Shown here one piece after another: positions 29,326 through 39,765 of a DNA stretch of 64,000 nt; position 1 is the first letter of the stretch, and each line of letters opens with the position of its first letter. Below the pieces are notes generated by a model. The model did not search any database, was not told the origin of the DNA, and saw only the letters and a list, made by a program, of their open reading frames with translations. The translations under genes were made by a program, and so were the position numbers. Source of the DNA: Patescibacteria group bacterium (GTDB lineage: Bacteria; Patescibacteriota; Minisyncoccia; Moranbacterales; UBA2206); contig JAKLIG010000004.1 of NCBI GenBank assembly GCA_022709735.1, positions 240 to 64,239 on the forward strand, written 5' to 3'.

Positions 29326-32195
29326 TAAATAACAACATTTATAAGTCTTCCTTTTACAAAAATAAATTTTTTGATTTTTTTATCTAAAATATAATTTTTG
29401 ATTTTTTCCGATTCCATTATAATCTTTTTTGCTTCAACTTCTGAAATATCGGCGCTTACTTTTATTTTATCGCGCACTTTACCATTAATTTGCACAACCA
29501 TTTCGATTTCTTCGTCCTTTATGAGTTTTGGATCATATTTTGGCCAAGATTCATTAAAGATTGCTTTCTTATTTCCCAGTTGGCTCCATAACTCTTCGGA
29601 TATATGCGGAGCGAAAGGACTCAAGAGAAGTAAGAAGTAAGAATAATGAAGCAAGCTTATTTTTTCTTCTTTTTCAAATGCATTGGCCAAAATCATAAGC
29701 GAGCTAATCGCTGTATTAAATCTCATCGCTTCTATATCTTCAGTAACTTTTTTAATAGTCTTGTGAACTAAGGTGTCGAGTTTTGTATTTTGATTATTCG
29801 GATTTTGAATTTTATTTTGTAATTTCCAAACCCGTTCAAGAAATCTATAAATCCCTACAATCCCTTTTGTCTGCCAAGGTTTCATATCTTCCAGTGGTCC
29901 CATAAACATTTCGAAACACCGAAGCGAATCAGCCCCGAATTGACTCACAACATCATCCGGGTTGACCACATTGCCCTTGGATTTTGACATCTTTGTTCCG
30001 TCTTCCGCCAAAATTATCCCCTGATGGCGCAGTTTCAAAAATGGCTCGTCAAAATTCAGATAACCTAAATTATGCAAGACTTTTGTGAAAAATCTGGCAT
30101 AAAGAAGATGAAGAACGCTGTGCTCCGCTCCGCCGACATAGAGATCGACTGGTAGCCATTTTTCAAGATTTTTTTCCGAAGCAAATTCTTTTTTATTTTT
30201 CGGGTCGCTATAGCGAAGATAATACCAGCTTGAACAAACAAAAGTATCCATCGTGTCTGATTCCCGACTGGCTTTTCCTCCACAATTCGGACACTTCACA
30301 TTTTGGAATTTTTTACTGTATTTTAGCGGCGATTCTCCAGTCGGTTTGAAATCCACATCATCCGGCAAAACTACCGGCAAATCTTTTTCCGGCACTGGCC
30401 ATGCGCCCTGCCCGTCGAAGCCTTGGCGAAGTCGGGCGCATTTCTCGCAATAAATAATTGGAATTGGCGCGCCCCAATATCGTTGCCTTGAAACTAACCA
30501 ATCGCGTAGCTTGTAGTTTATTTTCTTCTGTCCTAATTTATTTTTTTCAAGCCACGCTGTTAATTTTTCGCGTGCTTGTTCGGAAGTAAGCCCGTCATAC
30601 TTTTCAGAATTAATTAGAAATCCATCAGCAACAAAAGCCATTAAATTAAATAATGAAAAATCATGCACATCTTTCGGCCTTAATTTCCCAAGCCTATCAG
30701 CCTCTGTTTTTTTAAACTTTAAAATACTTTCGGGAGTAAAGGCGCTAAATTCAGTATTCTCTAATTTATTCGTTATTTTTTCTCCATCATAACAACCGAA
30801 ATCAATATGAAATTTACCATTATCAGCTACATATAATTCAAATCTTTCGTCAGGATTTTTTTTAATTTCAAAACTTTCTTTTTTAAAATAATCTTTCCAA
30901 AATTCAATTTCATTTTTTTTAACCTGTATATCAACATCTACATGACTTCGAGTTATCATGCCATAAGCAATATCTAACCCCAAGCCACCATCAAAAATTA
31001 TTTTTTTATTATTTTCTTTAGCAAATTTAACAATTTTTTTAGCAAAACTAAAAATTTCCGAAGTTAAACTATCCGGTTTATCAAAAGCAATAACTGCTTT
31101 TATTGGCAATTTATATTTCTTTGCAAATTCAAAATCCCGTTCATCGTGAGCTGGAACGGCCATCACTGCGCCTGTGCCATATTGCGATAAAACATAATCA
31201 GCCACATAAAGTGGCAATGCTTCGCCATTAAAAGGATTGATAACTTTTATCCCCTTGAGCTCCACTCCCGTTTTGACTTTTGCTTCCATTCGATCAAGGT
31301 CAGTTTTTTTCTTTGTTTCCGCTAAGTATTTTTTTATTTCTTCATAATTCTTAATTCTTTCTTCACACTTCTTTATTATTTCATGTTCCGGCGCGACAAC
31401 CACATAAGTCATCCCGAAGACCGTGTCTATCCTTGTGGTATAAATTTCAATAAAATCATTCGAGTCTTCGATCTGCATTTTTAATTGTGTCCCTTCTGAT
31501 TTTCCAATCCAATTTTGTTGAAGTATTTTTGTTGACTGTGGCCAATCAATTTTTTCTAGTCCGCTTAACAAGCCAGAAGTTTTTCCCCTGTCCTCGATAA
31601 AATCAGTGATACGAAAAAACCACTGTTCCAAATCTTTTTGCGCCACTTCTGATTCGCAACGCTCGCATTTTCCATCCACGACTTGTTCATTGGCCAAAAC
31701 AGTCTGGCACTTCGGACACCAATTAACTTTCGCTTTCTTTTTATATGCCAAACCGTTTTTATAAAAAAGAAGAAAAAGCCACTGCGTCCATTTATAATAT
31801 TTCTGATCTGATGAATTGACTTCGCGCGACCAATCGTAAGAAAAACCCATTGAATTAATTTGGCGCTTGAAAGTTTCTATCGCTTTTTGAGTCGTTTTCT
31901 TTGGATGAATCCCGGTCTTTATCGCATAATTTTCCGCCGGTAGCCCGAAAGCATCAAAACCTTGCGGATGAAGCACATTTTTCCCATTCATTCGAAGATA
32001 ACGAGAATATATGTCAGTCGCCGTATATGACTCCACATGCCCGACATGAAGCCCTTCTCCGGACGGATAAGGAAACATGTCTAAAATAAAGCTTTTTTTC
32101 TGTTTTGAGCTATCTTGGGCCTTGCATAAATCAAGGTTTTTCGCCCAAAATTTCTGCCATTTAACTTCGATTTCCTTAGGGTTATATTTGTCCAT
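29325..32195 (-). CDS. leuS: Leucyl-tRNA synthetase carrying a ~150-aa insertion (aa ~375-522) with a nucleotidyltransferase-like signature inside the editing (CP1) region
   Basis: HIGH-region FPYPSGEGLHVGHV; KMSKS; editing-domain blocks TTRIDTVFGMTYVVVAPEH and GTGAVMAVPAHDERDFEFAKKY; insert contains IIFDGGLGLDIAYGMITRSHVDVDIQV. Confidence 0.9.
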   Translation of the reverse strand: MDKYNPKEIEVKWQKFWAKNLDLCKAQDSSKQKKSFILDMFPYPSGEGLHVGHVESYTATDIYSRYLRMNGKNVLHPQGFDAFGLPAENYAIKTGIHPKKTTQKAIETFKRQINSMGFSYDWSREVNSSDQKYYKWTQWLFLLFYKNGLAYKKKAKVNWCPKCQTVLANEQVVDGKCERCESEVAQKDLEQWFFRITDFIEDRGKTSGLLSGLEKIDWPQSTKILQQNWIGKSEGTQLKMQIEDSNDFIEIYTTRIDTVFGMTYVVVAPEHEIIKKCEERIKNYEEIKKYLAETKKKTDLDRMEAKVKTGVELKGIKVINPFNGEALPLYVADYVLSQYGTGAVMAVPAHDERDFEFAKKYKLPIKAVIAFDKPDSLTSEIFSFAKKIVKFAKENNKKIIFDGGLGLDIAYGMITRSHVDVDIQVKKNEIEFWKDYFKKESFEIKKNPDERFELYVADNGKFHIDFGCYDGEKITNKLENTEFSAFTPESILKFKKTEADRLGKLRPKDVHDFSLFNLMAFVADGFLINSEKYDGLTSEQAREKLTAWLEKNKLGQKKINYKLRDWLVSRQRYWGAPIPIIYCEKCARLRQGFDGQGAWPVPEKDLPVVLPDDVDFKPTGESPLKYSKKFQNVKCPNCGGKASRESDTMDTFVCSSWYYLRYSDPKNKKEFASEKNLEKWLPVDLYVGGAEHSVLHLLYARFFTKVLHNLGYLNFDEPFLKLRHQGIILAEDGTKMSKSKGNVVNPDDVVSQFGADSLRCFEMFMGPLEDMKPWQTKGIVGIYRFLERVWKLQNKIQNPNNQNTKLDTLVHKTIKKVTEDIEAMRFNTAISSLMILANAFEKEEKISLLHYSYFLLLLSPFAPHISEELWSQLGNKKAIFNESWPKYDPKLIKDEEIEMVVQINGKVRDKIKVSADISEVEAKKIIMESEKIKNYILDKKIKKFIFVKGRLINVVI

Positions 32196-32300
32196 AAAAT
32201 TACCTTCCTATTCTATCCCATTTTGTTATTTATTTCAAGAAATTCACAAAATAAAACAGCGCTTGCTAAATACTGCTGAAACGCTGTTTTTTGAAATATT

Positions 32301-32741
32301 TTATTCTATCATCATTCCTCTCCTCGTATGATGCTTCCTCGCCACTCTGATTCTGGCTGATTCTTTTTCAATCGCTGCCGCCACTTTGGCGAATTCACTT
32401 TCATCCATAGTAATTTTTTGCTTTTTGAGCTCTTCTGCTTTTTCTCGGGCTTCTTCCGCTTTTTTTAGATCAATCTCTTCCACTCTTTCCGCCGTGTCCG
32501 CCAAAACAATCAGCTCATTGTCATGAAATTCAATAAACCCGCCGGAGATAAAAAGAAAAATTTCTTTTCCATTTTTCTTAAACATCGCTTCTCCTGCTTC
32601 AAGGCTGGCGATATAACTTCGGTGATCCGGAAGAATTGTAATTTGCCCATCCGTTGTCGGCAAAGTTATTTGATCAACAATATCTTCAAGGGTAGTTTGT
32701 TCAGGAGTGATTATTTTTAGTTTAATATTTGAATTAGACAT
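32301..32741 (-). CDS. atpC: F-type ATP synthase epsilon subunit
   Basis: LKIITPEQT...ITILPDH...; position after atpD. Confidence 0.8.
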   Translation of the reverse strand: MSNSNIKLKIITPEQTTLEDIVDQITLPTTDGQITILPDHRSYIASLEAGEAMFKKNGKEIFLFISGGFIEFHDNELIVLADTAERVEEIDLKKAEEAREKAEELKKQKITMDESEFAKVAAAIEKESARIRVARKHHTRRGMMIE

Positions 32742-32760
32742 TTTACAAATTCAATTTTGT

Positions 32761-32862
32761 AATTTTTAATTTTGTAATTTTTAAATAAATTCTAATTTCT
32801 AATGTTTAAAAATTTAGATTTGAGATTTATTTATAAAATTAAAAATTCAAAAATTAAAAATT
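32761..32862. repeat. 102-nt AT-rich intergenic repeat, copy 1 (between atpD stop and atpC start)
   Basis: Identical to 36053..36154 except for about 3 substitutions. Confidence 0.85.
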
Positions 32863-32873
32863 TTTCTAGAAAT

Positions 32874-34301
<1,428 letters not shown>

Positions 34302-34307
34302 TTAATT

Positions 34308-34353
34308 ATTGAATATTGATTAATAAAAAATAATTTAATAATCAATATTCAAT
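34308..34353. promoter_or_regulatory. Perfect 15-bp inverted repeat (attgaatattgatta ... taatcaatattcaat, 16-nt spacer) in the divergent atpD / small-ORF control region, abutting a minus-strand ttgact -35 box (34354..34359)
   Basis: Read directly from the sequence. Confidence 0.5.
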
Positions 34354-34365
34354 AGTCAATTTTTG

Positions 34366-34434
34366 CTTTGTTTTAGCCAAATATCCGCTGATTAGGATTT
34401 GGCATTTGACTTTTTCACAATTTTATGATATCAT
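34366..34434 (+). promoter_or_regulatory. Conserved upstream element (34366..34400, shared with 37781..37815) plus promoter for small ORF P1: -35 ttgact (34406..34411), 17-nt spacer, extended -10 TGaTATCAT (34426..34434); RBS aaaaggagagg precedes the ATG
   Basis: Identical 35-nt block ctttgttttagccaaatatccgctgattaggattt at both loci; both are followed by ttgactttt. Confidence 0.6.
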
Positions 34435-34492
34435 CCAAAGTCAACTTAACAACTCAATACAAATAAACGTCTGATGAAAAGGAGAGGCTAGA

Positions 34493-34843
34493 ATGAAAAA
34501 AAGTTATTATGTATTAACTATTATGAAGGTTCCACGTAAGGATGTTGTAGGAAGCGTAGCAAATCGTAATTTTCGGTTCGATATAATGGGAATTGATAAA
34601 TCTTCCGGAAAAATTGAACGATTTTCATTCAGTTCAGAAAGAATTGTAGCATTACAATGCAATAATTGTTCTTCCGAAGATTTCATTAGAATTTCCATTT
34701 TAAACTTCCTGCAAGACTTCGGGCTTCAAATCGTTTCCTCCGAAACGATCAAGGAAATTTGGATGGATAGGTATGAAATTTTTGTATATAAACATTTTCT
34801 CATATCTAATTCTCCTGTTTCCCTGAAAGACATTACAGAGTAG
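34493..34843 (+). CDS. Small hypothetical protein P1 (116 aa), antisense insert between atpG and atpD
   Basis: Strong promoter and SD; no recognisable domain. Confidence 0.55.
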   Translation: MKKSYYVLTIMKVPRKDVVGSVANRNFRFDIMGIDKSSGKIERFSFSSERIVALQCNNCSSEDFIRISILNFLQDFGLQIVSSETIKEIWMDRYEIFVYKHFLISNSPVSLKDITE

Positions 34844-34874
34844 ACGCTAAAAAGTTGTGCCAGCAAGTAGCTGG

Positions 34875-34917
34875 AAAAAACCACTGATTCCGAACCTTGG
34901 ATGACGTGGCTTTTTTG
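34875..34917 (+). terminator. Terminator of P1: aaaaaaccactgattccgaaccttggatgacgtggcttttttg; homologous to the P2 terminator
   Basis: Imperfect hairpin followed by a T-tract; motif ccaCTGATTcc. Confidence 0.5.
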
Positions 34918-34948
34918 TTTTCTTTTTTATAAAAGAACTCCTATTTTC

Positions 34949-35033
34949 GTCATCCTGAACGCAGTGAACCTTTTTTGAGATTCCCTGCCTGCCGGCAGGC
35001 AGGTTCGCTCTGCTCAGAATGACGATTATTATT
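34949..35033. repeat. Palindromic repeat element E2: gtcatcctgaacgcag...ctgctcagaatgac with inner gaacc/ggttc stem and the perfect CCTGCCTGCCGGCAGGCAGG core (34984..35003)
   Basis: Termini shared with E4; core shared with E1; lies between convergent P1 and atpG, so it could serve as the atpG terminator. Confidence 0.8.
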
Positions 35034-35069
35034 TTGATTTTCAATTTTCTAAAAGCTATAAGCTAAAAG

Positions 35070-36029
35070 CTAATTTTCTAACGCCGCTCTTCCTGCTGAA
35101 ATTTCCGCGATCTCCTGCGTAATCTTCATCTGCCTAATTTGATTATACGCCAGCGTGAGATCCATCGCCATTTCTTCCGACGCTTCCGTCGCATTTTTCA
35201 TTGCAATCATCTGGGCTGATTCTTTGGACGCATTGGATTCCAGAATCGCATGATAAACCTGCATTTCAATGAGACGCGGAATAATATCCTTCAAAACTTC
35301 TATCGGGCTTGGTTCTATCTTATATTCCACTATCGGTTCAGAAAGTCCGTATTCTTTGGCCAAAACATCCATCTCGGCAATTTGCTTTTCCAAATCAATT
35401 TTTGATAGTGGCAAAATTTGGCGAACTTTTGTCTGTTGATTTATCGTTGAGACATAATCCGTATAAAAAATAACAACTTTGTCATATTTTTTCGCCAGAT
35501 ATTCTTGAATGACAATTTTTCCAATCGCCCTGACATCATCAATTTTTGGCAGATATGCCAGATCATTAAACGAGGCAATAATTTCATTTCCAGCTTTTCG
35601 AATGGCAACTTCTCCTTTTTTTCCGATGGTTATAAAATCAATTGCTAAATCTTTATTAGAAATTTTGGATTCTAGTTTTTTCGTTCCGATTCGATTTATT
35701 TTTAATTTTTCTGGATTATCCAATTCTTCTTTTATCTTTCTGGCTATTTGCGAATTGAATGATCCGCAAAGTCCGCGATTAGAAGTTATCACAATTGCCA
35801 AAATTCTTTTCACCTCACGAACTTCCAAAAGCCCTTCCTGATTTTTTTCAAACGAGCGGGCTAGATTAGTCAGAATGCTCCAAGCGCTGTGAGCATACGG
35901 CCGAATTGCCAAAACAGACGCAATTGCGCGCCGCATTTTTGCCGCACTCACCATTTCCATCGCCCGCGTAATTTTCCCGGTGTTTTTGATGGACTTTATT
36001 CGCCTTCTAATTTCTTTGCCACTTGCCAT
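35070..36029 (-). CDS. atpG: F-type ATP synthase gamma subunit
   Basis: N-terminus MASGKEIRRRIKSIKNTGKITRAMEMVSAAKMRRA; C-terminus ...AEISAGRAALEN. Confidence 0.9.
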   Translation of the reverse strand: MASGKEIRRRIKSIKNTGKITRAMEMVSAAKMRRAIASVLAIRPYAHSAWSILTNLARSFEKNQEGLLEVREVKRILAIVITSNRGLCGSFNSQIARKIKEELDNPEKLKINRIGTKKLESKISNKDLAIDFITIGKKGEVAIRKAGNEIIASFNDLAYLPKIDDVRAIGKIVIQEYLAKKYDKVVIFYTDYVSTINQQTKVRQILPLSKIDLEKQIAEMDVLAKEYGLSEPIVEYKIEPSPIEVLKDIIPRLIEMQVYHAILESNASKESAQMIAMKNATEASEEMAMDLTLAYNQIRQMKITQEIAEISAGRAALEN

Positions 36030-36052
36030 AAATTAATTACCAAAAATTTTAT

Positions 36053-36154
36053 AATTTTTAATTTTGTAATTTTTAAATAAATTCTAATTTCTAATGTTTA
36101 AAAATTTAGATTTAAGTTTTATTTATAAAATTAAAAATTCAAAAATTAAAAATT
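36053..36154. repeat. 102-nt AT-rich intergenic repeat, copy 2 (between atpA stop and atpG start)
   Basis: Near-identical to 32761..32862. Confidence 0.85.
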
Positions 36155-36155
36155 C

Positions 36156-37664
36156 TTAGTTGTTATTCTCATATACTTCTTTGAATTCCTTAATAGCTTT
36201 CTCTAATTTAGCAACGACATCATCATTTAATTCTTTTTTATCAGCAATTAATTTCAAAACATCTTTCGCGCTGGAATACATATATTTCTGAAAATCTTCT
36301 TCCCATTTTTTTATTTTTTCCACTGCGGTGTCATCTAAAAATCCATTTGTGAGAGCATAAAGAATTGCCACCTGATTTTCCATTGCCATCGGTTCGTATT
36401 GACCTTGTTTCAAAACTTCAACGGTTCGTCTTCCTCTTTCAATTTGTTTCCTTGTATTTTCATCCAGGTCTGATCCGAATTGCGCAAAAGCTTCGAGTTC
36501 TCTAAATTGCGCCAAATCTAATCGAAGTTTTCCGGCTACTTTTTTCATCGCTTTTGTTTGCGCTGATGAACCAACACGAGAAACGCTGAGGCCAACATTC
36601 AGCGCCGGACGAACTCCTTTATAAAACAAATCTGATTCCAAATAAATTTGTCCGTCAGTTATGGAAATAACATTAGTTGGGATGTAGGCCGAAACATCGC
36701 CGGCTTGCGTTTCAATAATTGGAAGAGCCGTGAGTGATCCTCCGCCAAAATCTTTGTTCATTTTCGCACTTCGCTCCAAAAGTCTGGAGTGAAGATAAAA
36801 AATATCTCCCGGATAAGCTTCGCGTCCTGGTGGGCGTCTTAGAATCAAAGAAATTTGGCGATAAGCCCAAGCGTGCTTGGAAAGATCATCATAAATTACG
36901 AGAACATCTTTGCCTTTGTCCATAAAATATTCTCCGAGCGCGCAACCGGAATATGGAGCGATAAAAGAAAATGCCGCTGGATCAGATGCGCCCGCCAAAA
37001 CCACTGTCGTATATTCCATCGCACCTTTCTTTTCGAGTTCCGCGACAATTCTTGCAATTTTAGATTCTTTTTGGCCAATCGCCACATAAATGCAAATCAT
37101 GTCCTGTCCCTTTTGATTGATAATCGCATCCACCGCAATGGCAGTTTTCCCAGTTTGGCGATCGCCGATAATCAATTCTCTTTGCCCTCGACCGATTGGA
37201 ATCATTGAATCAATCGCTTTTATTCCTGTTTGCACTGGTTGATTGACCGATTCGCGAGAAATTACGCCTGAAGCAATTTTTTCAATCGGATAATTTTTTT
37301 CTGTTTTAATGTCCCCCTTGCCGTCTATTGGTTCTCCCAGCGGATTAACCACTCTTCCAATCATAGATTCTCCGACTGGAATGGAAAGAATTTTTCCGGT
37401 TGATTTTACCGTGTCTCCTTCTTTGATGTTTTCATAGTTTCCCAAAATCATGGCTCCGATTTGCCCTTCTTCCAAGTTTAGTGCCACGCCGTAAATGCCA
37501 CCAGAAAATTCAAGCATTTCCGATGCCATGCAATCCGAAAGCCCGGAAATTTTTGCTACGCCGTCTCCAATTTCAATAACCGTTCCAACTTTTTCGGTTT
37601 GCGTCTTGGCTTCAAAATTCTCAATTTGCTTTTTTAACTGGTCGATAATGTGGTTTTTGTTCAT
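36156..37664 (-). CDS. atpA: F-type ATP synthase alpha subunit
   Basis: Walker A GDRQTGKT; length 502 aa. Confidence 0.95.
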   Translation of the reverse strand: MNKNHIIDQLKKQIENFEAKTQTEKVGTVIEIGDGVAKISGLSDCMASEMLEFSGGIYGVALNLEEGQIGAMILGNYENIKEGDTVKSTGKILSIPVGESMIGRVVNPLGEPIDGKGDIKTEKNYPIEKIASGVISRESVNQPVQTGIKAIDSMIPIGRGQRELIIGDRQTGKTAIAVDAIINQKGQDMICIYVAIGQKESKIARIVAELEKKGAMEYTTVVLAGASDPAAFSFIAPYSGCALGEYFMDKGKDVLVIYDDLSKHAWAYRQISLILRRPPGREAYPGDIFYLHSRLLERSAKMNKDFGGGSLTALPIIETQAGDVSAYIPTNVISITDGQIYLESDLFYKGVRPALNVGLSVSRVGSSAQTKAMKKVAGKLRLDLAQFRELEAFAQFGSDLDENTRKQIERGRRTVEVLKQGQYEPMAMENQVAILYALTNGFLDDTAVEKIKKWEEDFQKYMYSSAKDVLKLIADKKELNDDVVAKLEKAIKEFKEVYENNN

Positions 37665-37780
37665 ATAAATTTAATTTTAAATTATAAATTTGAAATTTGA
37701 AATGAATTTTAAATGTTTTAATTCTTAATTTAGTAATTTAGCCTTGATTTAAAATTTCAAATTTAGCCTTTAAAATTTTC

Positions 37781-37849
37781 CTTTGTTTTAGCCAAATATC
37801 CGCTGATTAGGATTTAGGGGTTGACTTTTGAGGTGGTTTGTAATACACT
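37781..37849 (+). promoter_or_regulatory. Second copy of the conserved upstream element (37781..37815) plus promoter for small ORF P2: -35 ttgact (37821..37826), -10 candidate tacact (37844..37849); RBS taaggagg precedes the ATG
   Basis: Shares the 35-nt block and -35 context with 34366..34414. Confidence 0.55.
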
Positions 37850-37904
37850 TCAATGATTTAATTGAAAACAATTAACTAATAAAATTTTAATAAGGAGGTT
37901 ACTG

Positions 37905-38189
37905 ATGAGCGAATTAGTAGGAAAATTAATTGCTGTTCTTTTTTTAAAACCGGATTATGAGGGCAACTTAACAAAAGAAGCGATTCAGGGAAAAGTTGTA
38001 AAGGTGGAAAATAATTTGCTTTTCCTTACGGATGTTTTTAAATTAACAACCAACATGGGTATTAGGGCGGAAAGATGCTACGACCAAGTCATTAGCACTT
38101 GCTCATTATTATTCGTAAAGATGGAAATAATTCCAGATGATAGATTTTTTCGTTATCCTTACTTCGAAGATTTTCATTTACAAAGATAA
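37905..38189 (+). CDS. Small hypothetical protein P2 (94 aa), antisense insert between atpH and atpA
   Basis: Strong SD aaggagg 7 nt before the ATG; no recognisable domain; no clear similarity to P1. Confidence 0.55.
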   Translation: MSELVGKLIAVLFLKPDYEGNLTKEAIQGKVVKVENNLLFLTDVFKLTTNMGIRAERCYDQVISTCSLLFVKMEIIPDDRFFRYPYFEDFHLQR

Positions 38190-38214
38190 AAGCCCATTCC
38201 ATCTAAAACCGCTG

Positions 38215-38250
38215 ATTCCATATTATTTGGATGACGCGGTTTTCTTTTTC
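38215..38250 (+). terminator. Terminator of P2: aaaaccgctgattccatattatttggatgacgcggttttctttttc; homologous to the P1 terminator
   Basis: ccgc/gcgg stem followed by a T-tract; motif ccGCTGATTcc. Confidence 0.5.
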
Positions 38251-38276
38251 TCAATTTTTTAAAAGAACAAATTTTT

Positions 38277-38402
38277 TGTAGGGGTTTGATTCATCAAACC
38301 CGCCTCGTGTAGGGAATGCGTATACGCATTCCTGAATTTTCATTTCTTCGGAACGCATATATGCGTTCCCTACATTTGGGCTTGATAAATCAAGCCCCTA
38401 CA
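38277..38402. repeat. Nested palindrome cluster: four perfect 20-nt palindromes (gggtttgattcatcaaaccc 38282..38301; ggaatgcgtatacgcattcc 38313..38332; ggaacgcatatatgcgttcc 38350..38369; gggcttgataaatcaagccc 38378..38397) framed by tgtagggg...cccctaca, directly after the atpH stop
   Basis: Each palindrome verified by reverse-complementing it. Confidence 0.8.
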
Positions 38403-38819
38403 TTATTTCACCAGCATTTTCTTCAAATTATTCAACTGGTTTATCACACTTCCATCCAACACTTCATCCCCAACTTTTATAATAATTCCGCCTTTGATGT
38501 TCTCATCGATTTTATTTTCAACAACGACTTCCTTGGCTTTGTATTTACTTTTCAAAAAATCTGTTATTTTCTTAATCATACCGCTTTCCAGCTTTTCTCG
38601 CGAGACGACCTGCGCCGTTACTATGCCATTCTCCCGATCATATATTTCTTCAAATTTCGCTATGATATTTTTCTTGAATTTCAGCTGATTATTTTTCGCC
38701 AAAACTTTCACGAAATTTTCCATCACATTATCAATCTCCTTTTGAGATTTTTTTTCAGTCATTTCATATAAAGTTTTCGCGTATTGCGTGGCTGTTATTT
38801 TCATTCGTTTATTTGTCAT
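38403..38819 (-). CDS. atpH: F-type ATP synthase delta (OSCP) subunit
   Basis: Position between atpF and atpA; start placed at MTNKRMKITATQYAKTLYEM, because the track's longer ORF runs into repeat E3. Confidence 0.75.
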   Translation of the reverse strand: MTNKRMKITATQYAKTLYEMTEKKSQKEIDNVMENFVKVLAKNNQLKFKKNIIAKFEEIYDRENGIVTAQVVSREKLESGMIKKITDFLKSKYKAKEVVVENKIDENIKGGIIIKVGDEVLDGSVINQLNNLKKMLVK

Positions 38820-38895
38820 CCTGAACTTGCCATGCCTCGCCGGCAGGCGGGTTTCAGGATCTATCATTGAGATGCTGAAATAAATTCAGCATGAC
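38815..38895. repeat. Palindromic repeat element E3: gtcatcctgaac...gatgctgaaataaattcagcatgac; fills the atpF-atpH intergenic region and overlaps the atpH start codon
   Basis: Termini related to E5; inner ccatgcctcgccggcaggcggg is a degenerate CCTGCC..GGCAGG core. Confidence 0.75.
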
Positions 38896-38898
38896 AGT

Positions 38899-39384
38899 TT
38901 ATTTAATTGCCCGATTTATTAAATCTTTATCCTTTTCGCTATCCATTTTCTCCGCGATTATTTTTTCCGTCGCCGATACAACCAGTCCGGCAATTTCTGA
39001 TTTTACCTCTGTTAGCATTTTTACTTTTTCTTGCTCAATGCTTTTCTTGGCTTCTTCTATCATTTTCACATTTTGTTCTTTCGCTTCCACAATTATATTT
39101 TCCGCATTTTTCTTAGCTTCGCCTTCTGATTTTTTGATTATTTCCTGCGCTTCTTTTCTGGCTTTCACCAAAACTTCTTTTTCCTTCTCCGTTATTTCCT
39201 CCAATTTTTTAGAAGCTTCTTCGCTGTCTTTGAGACCCTTTTCAATTTTTTTCGTCCGATCATTTAGCATCTTGAGAACTGGCTTATAAGCAAACTTCCA
39301 TAAAATCAAAAGCAGAATCAAAAAGTTCACAATTTGAGCAATTAATAATCTGACATCGATACCTAATTTTGATAATAATTCCAT
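38899..39384 (-). CDS. atpF: F-type ATP synthase subunit b
   Basis: N-terminal TM helix IAQIVNFLILLLILWKF, then long charged coiled coil. Confidence 0.85.
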   Translation of the reverse strand: MELLSKLGIDVRLLIAQIVNFLILLLILWKFAYKPVLKMLNDRTKKIEKGLKDSEEASKKLEEITEKEKEVLVKARKEAQEIIKKSEGEAKKNAENIIVEAKEQNVKMIEEAKKSIEQEKVKMLTEVKSEIAGLVVSATEKIIAEKMDSEKDKDLINRAIK

Positions 39385-39450
39385 AATTTTTTATTATAAC
39401 TTAGTTTTCAGCTTCAGTCCCGACATTTCATCGGGACTGTTTGTCAAAAA

Positions 39451-39732
<282 letters not shown>

Positions 39733-39765
39733 TCAAACTAAATTTAAAAAATTATTTAACAAAAA

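Noticed and set aside
34474-34491. Tiny upstream ORF MKRRG* overlapping the P1 Shine-Dalgarno
   Set aside because: Too short, and the ATG lies within the ribosome-binding region, so it is most likely coincidental.
37665-37780. Direct repeats aatttagcctt(ga)tttaaaa x2 upstream of atpA
   Set aside because: Short and AT-rich. They could be part of the atpA promoter region, but there is no clear -35/-10 assignment, so they are mentioned only in context.
38316-38771. 151-aa plus-strand ORF overlapping atpH
   Set aside because: It is antisense to a well-supported atpH gene, has low-complexity hydrophobic composition, and begins inside the palindrome cluster.
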